IMG/VR virus record: IMGVR_UViG_3300021138_002231
Location: 19,936 to 83,935 of that record
Direction: 5' to 3' (one strand)
Length of the DNA stretch: 64,000 nucleotides
Origin: a virus
The notes beneath the pieces were generated by a model that worked only from the letters and a program-made list of their open reading frames with translations, did not search any database and had not been told where the DNA came from. The translations under genes were made by a program, and so were the position numbers. Of this stretch, positions 26,501 through 37,900 are shown in pieces; position 1 is the stretch's first letter, and every line of letters begins with the position of its first letter.

Positions 26501-28877
26501 CAATTATAGTTGGCAATGTACTTGTAAAATCAATTGATGAAACAGTTGCTACTGTGATTGTTGTCGTTAAAGTATTAAATGATCCAGTAAAGGGATTAGT
26601 CCAAGTGGTATTCCCTTCCCCATCATTATAGTAATAAGATGAATTACTTATAGCAACATAAGAGTCTGTCCACCATAAAAGGCTATTATTTTCTTTATTC
26701 CATCGAAATCCTTTGGGTATATCAGTAGTAATACGTTTCATATAGCTAGAATCCCCATAAAAGAATCCAGCATCACAACCAATATATAATGTTTTGTTAA
26801 ATGATTTTGTGACTTCACCAGTGTCGGAATTGGTTGATTGATTTACTGTTACTATTTCTTGTATAGCATAAATTGTTCCAATAATTTCTGGTGAAAGTTC
26901 ATTGTCACTTTCATTGTACCAGTTACTAAAAGCCGCGCCCCAACTCCAATCATTTTGAGTTTGTCCACTTTGTTGATTAATAGAAAATAATCCTTGATTT
27001 GTACCTAGATAAAGATTAGAAGACCAGTTAGACTTTGCAGTTGATGTCTCTTGAACATCATCTCGTTGACTTGAAGCATAAAATGATGTCGCATAAAATG
27101 GATTAGAATTGTTTAAAATCGGCATTTTAAGCATATGCCAAGATAATCCCGCGTCCACGGTATACCATACTTTACCCACAACATTTGAATTGCTTATATT
27201 AGATAATGCCCATGTTGTATGAAAATGATTTTCATAAGTATCTGCTGGTAATATTTCATCAATAAAATATATAGGCTGACCATTATCAATATTCCAAGAT
27301 AAAGAGTAATTTGTATTAATATAATCTGATGTTTGTATTAATCCGCGCTTGGTTCCCAGTAAAACAGAAGGATTTATATTTTGACTTGAATAAACATTAA
27401 AAACTTCTGTTCCATATTGCAATGCTTGATTTGGAATTTCAGGATAAAATGTTACATGATCTCCTTCTGGCAATAATCTCAAAGAAGGCTTTAAATATGC
27501 AGGCGCTTTATATCTAAATTGTCCAACGTGATCCAAACCAATAATTCTTTTTTGATCTAATGTTCCTCTAGTAAATGTAGATGCATCAATATCTGCAACT
27601 CTTTTACCCGATAATTTTCCTGTAATTTGTATCCCAATATGCGTAATAATAATAGATAAATCTGAATTTTGATAAGTACTTAAGGCTGGATTAAATTCAC
27701 TAGGATTATTGAACATCAGCCTGCCATTTGACGAATCTATGGTATATAAATTTGAGTTTAATAAATTGCCTTTTAAATAAACCTCTGCTGGTAAATATAA
27801 AGCATCACTCCATTTATATGTGACTTGTACTGTGTTTCCGTTAGAGTCTGTAGAGGTTGTGCCATCTGTTAAATAAATCCAATTAGGCACATTGGAAGAG
27901 GATAGACTAGAACCATCTTGGATAAAAAGTTTAACTTGAGGAGATAAAGGTAAAATAACCTGAATAGTTGAATTTTTTGGCACACTATTTTTTAAATACA
28001 AAATACCAGTTGATGGCACCAGACTATAATCTGATTTAAGTAATTCTACATTATTTAATCTAACTTGAGGAATGCCGTAATTTGATGTTTTCCAAGTAAA
28101 TAAATTACCAGAACTGTCTTCTATGGTAAAAATATCACTTCCTTCTGGTGCAACAGCATTTAAAATAAGTTGACTTGATAAATTAATTTTACTTGGATGA
28201 TTTGCCCCGCCAAGATGAACATGGTGATAAAATGTTTGTTTTAAGGCTGCTTGTAAAGCACCTGCTAGATTTTTTAAATCATTATAATAATTAGAATCTT
28301 GTGTGATAGATAAAATGGCAGGCAAATGTGTGACTGAATCTGTTGTTACTTCAACTGTCGCAAGATATGTAGCATTAGTTAAAGAAAGATAATCTGGTAC
28401 ATCTAAAGTAGATACACTTATACTTGCTACACCTTCTGTTTGTAAACAAAATGCATCTTGCGCCCAAACATAATAAACATTATCGGATGTAAGTCTAAAA
28501 TAATAGTTGTAGTTTGTTTGAGCTGCATATACTCCAACAATTCCTTTGCCAATAGACACTTGAATAACTTGTTTCCATTGATTTTCATCAGAATTATTAG
28601 TAATATTCAATGATAAATATTGTTGATTCATAAAAGAATCAATTGGTGCATTTATTAATACATTTCTTGCATCAATAATGGCATTATCTGTGGTAGAGTT
28701 TCCTGTTAAAGCCATAGAAGTGACTTGCCAACCACTTAAGACACCAGGACCAACAAATTTATATAAACCAGATAATTCATTTTCAATAGTATCCATATTT
28801 TCTTGGTCAAAACCAGGATACCATATATTACCCGTTTCTAGTTCATAAAAATTATAAAATTTACTTATCTGTGCCAT
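20520..28877 (-). CDS. Giant virion/tail-associated protein (2785 aa) with beta-propellers, a tail-fibre motif and a vWA domain
   Basis: Asp-box repeats (YTVDAGLSW, YSIDYGDTW), GTxxG blades, IDGVNLSAGNHVLVKNQ...QNGIY, and MIDAS DDSNS...LYDT...FADGDD. Confidence 0.7.
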   Translation of the reverse strand: MAQISKFYNFYELETGNIWYPGFDQENMDTIENELSGLYKFVGPGVLSGWQVTSMALTGNSTTDNAIIDARNVLINAPIDSFMNQQYLSLNITNNSDENQWKQVIQVSIGKGIVGVYAAQTNYNYYFRLTSDNVYYVWAQDAFCLQTEGVASISVSTLDVPDYLSLTNATYLATVEVTTDSVTHLPAILSITQDSNYYNDLKNLAGALQAALKQTFYHHVHLGGANHPSKINLSSQLILNAVAPEGSDIFTIEDSSGNLFTWKTSNYGIPQVRLNNVELLKSDYSLVPSTGILYLKNSVPKNSTIQVILPLSPQVKLFIQDGSSLSSSNVPNWIYLTDGTTSTDSNGNTVQVTYKWSDALYLPAEVYLKGNLLNSNLYTIDSSNGRLMFNNPSEFNPALSTYQNSDLSIIITHIGIQITGKLSGKRVADIDASTFTRGTLDQKRIIGLDHVGQFRYKAPAYLKPSLRLLPEGDHVTFYPEIPNQALQYGTEVFNVYSSQNINPSVLLGTKRGLIQTSDYINTNYSLSWNIDNGQPIYFIDEILPADTYENHFHTTWALSNISNSNVVGKVWYTVDAGLSWHMLKMPILNNSNPFYATSFYASSQRDDVQETSTAKSNWSSNLYLGTNQGLFSINQQSGQTQNDWSWGAAFSNWYNESDNELSPEIIGTIYAIQEIVTVNQSTNSDTGEVTKSFNKTLYIGCDAGFFYGDSSYMKRITTDIPKGFRWNKENNSLLWWTDSYVAISNSSYYYNDGEGNTTWTNPFTGSFNTLTTTITVATVSSIDFTSTLPTIIDGVNLSAGNHVLVKNQYIDTTQNGIYLVNNDGTWTKTSDVLNNNTQPQVTVLNGTVNAGSVWYVEQRSDIIWKIKIFKLQSSQNDEIFTSMADHGTEYFAGTTQNIYYISEQFSVGAQPYVSQLSWNNTNQGKINSLIFRNNSQSSKGQLIAGTPRGLWIANLSLSNTTDNNSITIIAWTRTSYQFSSNNQKPTIYNNHDLSMVSWSDYNFSSIDYNTQAFIFNSSPRYGSTYVYEKDYTHFYTLPWNSADAQVIVYVNNIISTINYTLNPDLGLIIFNQSLSPSDAQNVSITVIRLGAYINNVGLTPHEELPNSLVAETIAATKLSTALTATSTTISVVNPRALPSETQYIQIVSSATSVRVPIYIDPLTYAITIVGPSPVVSTLPIGSQVFIVTPKTILGIEDKITQVQTNETYHFNSIANQNLLRFAMSMTNQYSNLYSNFYNPISVSGTKSSLGLVNTVLLNLDQAPSPLDPKATNSSFYVGWIPSAADTPVSPQTIYNIYNPSQSGDGMIVGTDQGVWIYQNNTWNKQSILGGAARTYFFKHYTNGLGNPLMVGTDNGAWLQTGNEWSSDPTYSQVIFDYLSGNWNTSDANGNSTISGTFEAFGKDDGLAFIYTKTGSSTFISDHFDTVDGYRVYGVYHDTFIRLSTDSQGNTQQIPTDALYLCTEKGLYGTTFGSRGGTYSSLLTGREMFGNTISNGVKYYKIFRPLATPPATKTPIPFKILTSNGIYTVRNWRWCDPDPTQSDLLNFYVESHQLQGLSCNCYVQFTVSGTPGKSLTFIGTNKVIYRSFDESTSFEICEKIAGGDTAVYDLQHFSVTFLDTYVSSPTYNQIVTKDLILAGTELGLYYSIDYGDTWYRSDEPTLEGYVPINYASKITSVIPFDDGYLAETFKTSTGLKKIYKISIYVSLKDHYLNSTSQANSQNNYLTAAIYSTDSNGYPTNTTIGMTQLDIDTLITEGYLPAGWTTTSQDQLLASDVQYEGFYSLNVAANLPDDTSTYALVIKENVASGAEPCFNWQVSALSHPYSDGLALTGGITPNWATLTPGDKNFFFKVFMVQPVTTTTVYEPVGYKDNTLPVGFLTGESYGSVVVTDDGSLTTDSKFAIALTIDDSNSIKWSDSIDGITSNLYHVENIQNLIDMLFNRTKTQVNGSDFYPTFADWWQYGTSSLERTDGFSNVLSSFDTYALALRENGVYSYLYDTANLSASGISPEAIVNAIINKNYNESQIQFIVNEIVQYHIDRNMLRLNDIQDWYETQFISDWDGTSGGIAASPTVRNYLIQRWANTFTPLFFVFADGDDNGMNAQTASQVGLTAFTSWNGLGANTSIFALDRSSNLTGLRTITDETNGNLFDINSANASTDWSNAINSLLHGGVNDVFTATWNKNYDFEEGIWLENVNATFSAPTGTISNSSCIIKVRWTQDRLNWSGWQTLTSGTPLTVQALVLGIQYVINMTDGWTLISGIYSAVKPIITELYHTQILPSYEYLITYPYDINGLLFEEILTIEAVIPKTAKLNWGICRGDITDFNYYEHIINGRNGVLPNRQVSLLFTKEIDRLNLATIAAPGGTTTDGVLIYQVIDSSGNPVTWSTTDEVSVYIQGYSKPIDNTNGVYALDGAHGYIIFRQAQSFSAVFTVNIITPAKLYENAGENTVTYDNRTYYLINGKWPVDSEIVVLLNNSIVRGNYFANNENGTITFKKELERTDVVTVYIQPSSKFRIGVEIVNYSDVPVDIKNFGLMYTTQNSTNLQQLLSQSDPPYISGFVTLQPSPASIYDQIYINYIYASHTGNEERNTQTTWWLKRTGLSGAINDGNGFVQITAGNGLPEYNNRTVERLDDIGSLFQLHDQLYVIVTPCDGYNLGDPVVSNTITLGAKYKPYVTNVAITSPNQTTVNNVVYVPANTELTASYIYNDGNGGGDQNISGIANNNIIYWYSKDSNLPLNSNDPVDGVYTAILPANMVKSGMVINYIITPYNGTLYGNPISSGYVTVQ

Positions 28878-28900
28878 CTGTGACTCACAATATTAGACTT

Positions 28901-31900
28901 TTAATGATTATACAAATAATCCATGATATTCATGTCTACTGGACCATCATCAAGCATAACTGCCCAATCATAAACAATCGCTGGATTAGTTCCTACAGAA
29001 ACAAGAAGTATAGCAAATCTAATATATTGCGATGCCTCGGGTAATTCAAATACTGTATTAGGTGTTATAATGTTATATTGTGTAAAGTCAAAAGTATTTC
29101 CTGCCGTTGGGTCAGTTATATATCCAAAAACAACTTGTCCACCATTGGTAATATAATCGGCAGCTAATAGTCCTCTTCTAATCTGAGGTGCGCTAATATC
29201 ACTAGAATAAATAGATGTATCAAATAATGCAGAGAAGAAGTAACTTGCATTAGCAGATGAATATGTTAAAGTAACATTTTTAATTATTGGTGCAAAATTT
29301 TGAGAAGCACTTGACATGACTAATTTATATTGTAACCATTTTCCAGATAGTGTTGCAATATTAAATGTATTGGTAATATATCCAGTTCCGCCGCTAATTG
29401 TGTCAGTTATATTATTTATATCAAATGGACTACCCCAATCTGCGCTAAGACATTGTGCTCTTGTATTACCAGTTCTAACATAAATTTTAATACCAGTTCC
29501 TTGCATTAATCCATTTCCTACTGTAGCACCGACTGGGTATTGTGCTAATGTAGAAATATTACTCCATGTAGTAAGTGTTGGCGCATAGAATGGTTGAGAT
29601 TCATAAATTGCTTGTTGTTCTATTAATCTATCGGGTGCATATAATGCGCTTGAAACAGATGAAGAGAATATAGCGGCTGTTGATTTATCAGCATGTACTT
29701 GATAAATTGTTCCATTAGATATTTTAACACCGTTAATAGTTGGTGAATCTTGAACAATATCGTCGCTATATCCTGGCAATGGTGTAACATTGCCAGCGGC
29801 ATCTTTAAACAACGCATAAGCGTATCGTTCAGTTTGTCCTATTTGTGATGGATCAAGAATATATAAATTCCCATCAGCTATTCCAGCAAATAATCTTGCT
29901 CCAATATATGCCAAATCACGAACATTATTTGGCAATCCTAAAGATGTAGACGGTACCAATTCTTTAGAAATAGTATTGGAAGACCAGTATAGTTTAATGC
30001 CAGGATGTGATTCTGAACCCAAATAATATTCAATTCTAATAGAAGTCCATTGTCCTGATACCATTGTAGCTATGCCAGTATATTCAGTTATTGATGAGTT
30101 ATTTTTCCATGCGTCAATGATTAATTCCCCTCCTATATATAATCTTGCACCATCGCTAATATCAAGATAGAATGTATAATTTTCACTAGTTGACGTTTGA
30201 ATATATCCTTCCCAAACCGTATTGATATATGAACTGTTAACTCCACTTGGGAAAGTATTATCCCAATTAATAGGTCCGTCTTCTACAATAATTTGATTTG
30301 CGCCAATGCCAACATATTGATAATTAGAAGCATCGGAATTTGTCCATGTGGACATTAATCCTCCAGAAACAATAGAAGGTGAATCAATTGGATAATATGT
30401 ATTGGAATTTGCTACATATCCAATCAATCCTGTATCTGTAGCAGACCAGAAATAATTACCTGACGGATCATCTTCCATAGCATAAAATACATTCGCATCA
30501 CTAACATAACTTTTAGACCAAGATTGAGGTTTGCCATTTGAGAACGATAATTGCATAATGTAGCCATTACTTAATCCAGCATATAATTTACCGTTAGCGG
30601 TCGCATGTAGCAATGTATATACAGCATCTGTATTAGAAGTTAAAGTTAATGTCCATTGTATGTTATCGAATTGATAAATAGCACCAGCATTTAATCCCGT
30701 TACTCCACCAAGCGCGACATATAAATAATTTCCAACCGAAGCAAGTGCGTAAATGTATGGTTGATTAAATGTTCTATTCAATGATAAAATATTATTAGTG
30801 TAATAATAAAGACTAGATTTACCCGACGAATTTGGTCCAGTTCCTATAAATAATGCACTATTATAAGAAGTCAAAGATATAATAGATAATGCGTTTGGTA
30901 TAGTGAATAATGTAGTGTAATTTGCACCAGAATTAGAAGATAACACGACACCATTACTTAAGCCAACATAAAGATTATTTTGATGTATTGTTAAAGCATT
31001 AATAACTATATTTGCGCTTGGAACAGTATAAGTATTTGTTATATTTCCATTTGTTTTGTATAAATAAAGTTTATTACTTGTGGCGATGACAATTCCTGCT
31101 CCAAATTGAATCATTTTCTTAATCTGTCCCGAAACAGAAGCACCTTGTAACTTCCAAGTTTGATTGGAATTAATTAAATTCCAATCAAACTCAGAGAGTC
31201 CATCCTCAATCTGGACCCATCCACTAGAATCAGCACCAGGAAAATCAGTAGCATCTCTAAAGTCACTATATCGTGAAAATTTAGCCGCTACAACTCCAGA
31301 TAATTTATCAGTCGCTGCAATGGAAAGTTTTGCACTTGTATTAGAAGCATAATAGTCACCCTTGTATCGCATTCTAACAGCATAGAGCGACAATGCGGCA
31401 CTAAATGTATATGTATAGTAATCAGTTGTTGCAGAATTTGCTATAATTGTGAATAATGAACTCCAATCATCTGAAGCATTAATTTTAGCTTCAATAATAT
31501 AATTTTTCGGTTTATTAGCTGTAACTCCCACTTCAATAAAAGAAATTTTATCTGCTGGATTATTAAAATAATAAGTTAATGATCTATAGTCATTAATTCC
31601 AAGTAATTCATATTCTCCTGGATTAGTAGCATCTCCAAAATATTGAGCTTTTCTAATTGCAACACCGAATGGGTCTTCAAGTTCAATAGTTCCTTCTGCT
31701 ATTGTTTTAGTAGAAGTCGTGATTAAATAAACAGGAATATCTCCTGTATTATATACCCAGTTAATAATATCTTCACTTTGTGCAGTGACACCTGTTTCTA
31801 AAGCATGTCCCCCTAAAATAATTACTGGATTATTATTACCAATTGGCATATTACTTAATGCCATAACTACCCAATAATTGGTGTTCGATTTTAATGTGTC

Positions 31901-34900
31901 TGTAAATGTAAATGCATATTCAGTGGAACTCGGGGTCAAAGTACTAAATAATAATTGATTAGATGAAGTGCTGATTCTACTTCCAACGGTATTGAAATCA
32001 TCAGAATATAAATACATTTCTATATATTCACTACCGTTAGACGCCAAAGAAGATATTGATAATTTAACTGAAATAGAAGCTAATGTTTCAACACCTGGAG
32101 AGGCAAATTGAAAAGCATAATATTGTGTGTTAAACAATAATTGTTCTGTAACTGATGGTATTGTTGGTGTAGTGTCGGTATAAACAGCAAAATGATGTAC
32201 TTGCATACCACCGCTTCCAGGATTCTCATTGATTATAATATCTCCCAATGGAGGTGTGGTGTCCAGAGATACTTGAGCAACAGGATAACCTATTCTATTT
32301 TCATATAAATCCCCCAATGCAGGATTAATGTTTAATCCTGCCCACACAACAGGGTCAAAAAATATGTCATTGTAATATGAAACAAGATTTAAAACTGGTT
32401 GTGTAAATGAAGCAACCGAATTAGCAGGAATAAAAGAATCAGTTAGATTTCCTGGATTATATGTGACAACAATTTCATCGCCATGTACTACCGAAGAATT
32501 TAAAGTTAATAATATTTGTGTAGGCGCATTAATTGTTTGAGATGTTATAGTAGCCGATGAGCCATTAACTGTAACACCAAAGCCATTTAAAGACGAAGAA
32601 CTAGTCAAAGGAGGAGCGTAAACTTCTGCAAAATTAATAAAAATCTGACTACCATCTATCGAAGTGTATGCATCAAAAAAAATTGGAGCCGTATTAACTG
32701 GACCATTGTTCTCTACAAAAACTGTTGTAGGCTGTAAATAATAATAAGGTGGAGCTGGAGAACTTCCTTTATATATATAACTTGTTGTAGATGCCGATGT
32801 ATAGATTAATTCTACAATTTGATTTCTAGTAATTGGCTGTAATACATTTAAAGATAAAGTATAGGTATCATTTAATGTACTATAACTAATCGAGTTAATG
32901 ACAACATTATTTCCATCAACAACAACACTGAATCCTAAAGGCGAACTAGGTAATACATATTCAGACATTGTAACAATAATGGTTTCGCCATCTGATTGAA
33001 GTGATGCAGTTTTAATGTATGGAGGATTAGAGGACGATGTATTATTTGTAATTGAAACATTGAAATCATAATTTGGCAAGTAATTAACAGGAACATTATT
33101 GTTATAAATATTGTCGCCGTGAGAATTACCAATGTAAGAATCATAACCTAATGTATATACTTTGTTATAACTTGTAGGATTGACACAAGTTAATTTAATT
33201 GTCATAGCCTGTGTATATAAGCCTATAGAATGAAATGAATCTACCTTAGCAGAACTAATATCAAATGGCAAGCCATTTTCCAAAACAAAGAAACCCTCAA
33301 CATTGGCACCAATTGTATGTGGATAAAGATTATAGTAATTATTATAAACACTGACATAAATATATAGTCCATCGTCAGTAGTAGATGCGCTATTAATAAA
33401 AGGTATTGGGTTCAAGCTATTATTTAGTGTTTGAATTTTGCAGCTTGGATATGTAAATGGAGGGAAATCTACATTTAATTCTCTTCCAGTATAAATATTT
33501 GATCCATGCTGATCACCTTTGAAATAATTTGTACCAGAAGATGGGCGGTCATATTGAATATATAATAATTTTGTATTATCAACCTGGTAGGATGTTAATG
33601 ATATAGTATAAACATTAGAAGCTTTACTAAGTGTATATTGTGTACTATCAAGAGATGTAACGCCAGAATCAGTAATTACATTAACATATAAACCATCTGG
33701 GTCAAGTCCACTGACAGTGTTAATATCAGGCATATATGTTAATGTGATTGTTTTGCCATCAATTGCGCAAGATGACGTTGCGATATTATTAAAGACCTGT
33801 ATATCGGTAAATGTTCCGCCATGTAATGCGGTACTGTTAGAATTAGTGATTGGAGTAAATCCAGTTGGATCATAAGAAACATAATAATCTGATTGAGAAA
33901 GAACTCCAGATGTTACAGACAATTCAATAGAACTAAAATTGCCATTAGATGTTTTATATGTAGCAGTAGTAGCAATAACATTACTTTGATTGTCTTTTAA
34001 TGTAAAACCATTAATGGGGCCAGAAGATGGAATAATACCAGGATATTCTGTAAAAAATTGGATATCTACACTAGATTCTGATACATAATTATTATTATCA
34101 AATCCAGTATGTGCAAAAGCCACATAAAATCTATCTAATTCGCTATTATTCTCTGCAACATAACCTGTGAATCCTTGTAATTGTCTAGAAGAGTCTATAT
34201 CTTCAATGGGATATGTTCCAATTGCATAATCTAATGTAACAATATCAGAAGGATATATTGTTGGAGTTCCTAAATCAATCACATAAACGTCTGGGCTTGG
34301 ATGACTTACACTAGTGGTTAAAATTGTAACACTTGTGGTTGATCTTCCAAATGTGCCAGACATTACGTATGAATTAATATTTACTGTAAATCCATCTGGA
34401 TTATTTGGTGTTACGTTATTAAAATCTGACAACGTAACATGAATATATCTTCCATCATTTTGAACAACAACATTAGATAATGTTGGATAAGTATTATTGA
34501 CAACTGATTGGTTTGTAAAGGCGAATAGTTTATTAGCTGGAGTTTGTGAATTAGTAATAGAATTCGAGTTAGTTCCCTGAGGATTAGTTGGATTACTAAC
34601 ATAATAAGAATCTAAATAACTTACAGTTACAGTTCCACCAGCAACTAAATTACTTACAAGATTTAATTGAATAGTTTTTCCAGAAGAATCGCCTGAATAT
34701 TGAATAACACTAGAAACATTAAAAACATTTGTTCCTTGTTTGACTTGCCAAGCAGTATTTAAATCAGTTCCAGTAACGGTTGTTCCAACTGGAGAATTTA
34801 AAATAACTAAAACTTGGCTACCATCATTTGAAGTATATGCATTATCAAAAATTAAATGGCTTTGTAAACTGCTATTTATAGCAGACAAAGGTGTAACCAA

Positions 34901-37900
34901 TGTCGCCATTTGTGTGCCAGACTCTGCTGAAACGACTTGAGATGTTCCTGGAATAGTATATCCAATTGTAACTGAATCTTTATAATAAATAATTGGATTA
35001 GTTATATCTGTTATATTAATATAATATTGATTTAATGCCACTCCTGTTTGATCAATAGTGTAGTTAAGAGTGGTTGGGGAACCCCCTTGAGGAGTATAAT
35101 TAACTGTAAACCCATTTGGACTTGTAGGACTAACGTCAGCATCAAATGTCAAGATAATTTGTGTGCCAGAAGATTGAACAATTGCTGTATTTAAAATTGG
35201 CGCAGCAGCATTATTAACGGCGAATGTTTGAGTGGTTAAAAATCCATATCCTGGACTTGTAGGGGAACCACTAAACGGCCCTGGATCAGTTTGCGCATCA
35301 TGAATTCTTCCACCAGAATTCAAATCTGTATATGTTGCTTGAATTGTGGACCCAGGTGTTAAACTTGAAGCTAAAGTCAATTTGACAACACTATTATTAG
35401 TGCCTTGTAATGTCGCAGATGAAACCCCAATAGAGGATGGGCTTCCACCAACTGTTTCCTGTACACTCCAACAACTGGCTAAAGTGCCTATCGCGGTCAA
35501 ATTAGGTGCTGATGAATTTGAATTAAGATGAACATAAATATAATTGCCGTCTGCACTTGATGTTGTTGATGATGTATTAACTGTTATACTATTAACACGA
35601 CTTCTATTAATAACAGGGAAGCTTGCTGTATATGGAGGAAAACCATTGGTTGTACCAACATAAGCATCTGTTGTGGAATCAAGCGTGTATTGAATTGCCA
35701 CAACATCACTATCATTTAATAAAATTGGCAATTGAATAGTTAAAGTATGGGAGTTTGGTGATAATGTGACAGATGTTGGAGTAACTGGAGAAGAATTGAC
35801 AGTTACTCCGATTCCAGAAGTGGAACTTATATTATTCACAAGAGTAAAAACAATTGTTGAATAAGTTAAACTTGTAGGATTGTCTGATGCAACAAAATCA
35901 GAAGCACAATAATTTAGTAAATTATAAACTTTTTGATTATTAACAGAACTTGGGTTTAATAGATTTCCTAATGAATCTTGAATGTTAGATGTATTTGGAG
36001 GACCATATGAAGAATTATAAGTTACTTTATAATTATCAGTCAAGTTAATACTTTGAGTTGGAATAGTCAATCGGACTGTCTTTGCATCTAATCCTGTGGT
36101 CCCTTTAATTATCTGGGCTGTTGGGGTAACGGTAGTAGAAAATCCAGAACCATGTTTAATAACCCAATTGATAATAGATGGATTAATGATGCTCAAAGGA
36201 GTATTAGATGTATTCAACACAACATCAATATAATTTCCGTCTGGAGTAATTGATGCATAATTAAAAGTTAAATTGTTAGATGTAGAACTATTTGTTACAG
36301 ATATAGTAGAACTAGATAAATACACACTATTATGTATGTCTTTTGTCTTATTTGAATTTGTCGCATTATACGTCAATTGAATCAAATGAGATTGCGCATA
36401 TATAGGACTAGATAAATTAAATTGATATTTTGTTGTATCTACAAGCTTTGTTATTGATGAAATAGTTGAGGTTTTATCGACTCCGTCTACTGTTAGAGTA
36501 AAGCCTTGAACTGATCCAGCAGGGTTGTCTAGAGTGACGTTATCACTAAACGTTAAAACAATATAAGTTCCATCGACGCTTGAAGCAGCACTTGCCATTA
36601 AGGGAGCTATGACATTTGCTATTGGTGCGGCTGTGAAAGATTGCAATTGTTGCACTGGGCTAGATGAGTCTTGAATATATGGAGACGCATGATTGTATGA
36701 TAAAGTTAGTGTATCAGAAGGTGATAGAGCAGCTACGCTGGCTGTTATTTTTGCAGGCGAATTAGATATCACATAAGAAAGCACGGATATTGGTGATCCA
36801 TTTTTATATATTGTAAATTGCGGATTACCTGTTCCAGATTTAGAAATTGGAGGATTTGGAGTTGACAAATATATTGAAATAGACGTTCCTGCACTATCTG
36901 TCGTAGCAGAACTAAAATTTAATAAAGATACAGTACTTAAATTACTCATATTAAATGAGCCATTTTGAATAGACATTCCAGAACGTTCATCTATTAATCC
37001 TAAATAATAATTGGGAGCTGAATAACTTACAGTAATTGTATCAGATGCTTTAATCGGACTTCCTACAATATTTAAAGTAATTTGATTTGCCCATTCAATC
37101 GTTGTAGGCACAGTATATGTGGCAGGGCTTCCGCTAATATAAACCGCAAAAGGTGATCCAGTAATAATAGAACTGTGTGAAATTTCATTAGAATACAGTG
37201 TAACTTGAGTTCCGTCCGCACTAACAATACCATTAAGATGGTCGTTAAAACACACGCAAATAGGATTGTTATTATAATCTTTATTAAAGTTATGTAAAGG
37301 ATTTCCAAGATAACCAGTATATAGATTATTTGATCCACCAGGTTGAGTATATGTTACATATAAAATTTGACCTGTATTTAAAGAACTTAATGTTAAAGTT
37401 ACTATGTCATTATTTGGATATGAATTTAATGATGTTGACGATATTGATATTGGTGAATCAGTTCCATATTCATATACAGCAAATCCTTGTATCGCTCCAG
37501 AACCAGAATATGATAATAAATCAGAAAATATTACTTCAATAGTTTGTTTATCATTTTGCAAATAAGCATATTGAGGTATAGTGTAGCTTGTGCCATAAGT
37601 TGTTGTGGATATACTAATTGGCGATTCAAGTGTTTGTAATCTCACACTTGAATCCGCATAAGCACTCACAGAATCAGAAAGTGATTTATTATAAAATAAT
37701 GTTAAAGTACTTCCAGCTCTGATTAATCTATTTTGATTTAAAACTAATTGAATTTGATTGATACTATATGACGGAGTAAACGCCCAATATGGCATTTTAA
37801 TTCCATCAATATAAATTTCAAAACCAGTATAAGGTAAAGTAGAAGAATAGTTAATATTTTCTGATAATGTTAAATTAACATTGTAAGTAGAAGACGCATA

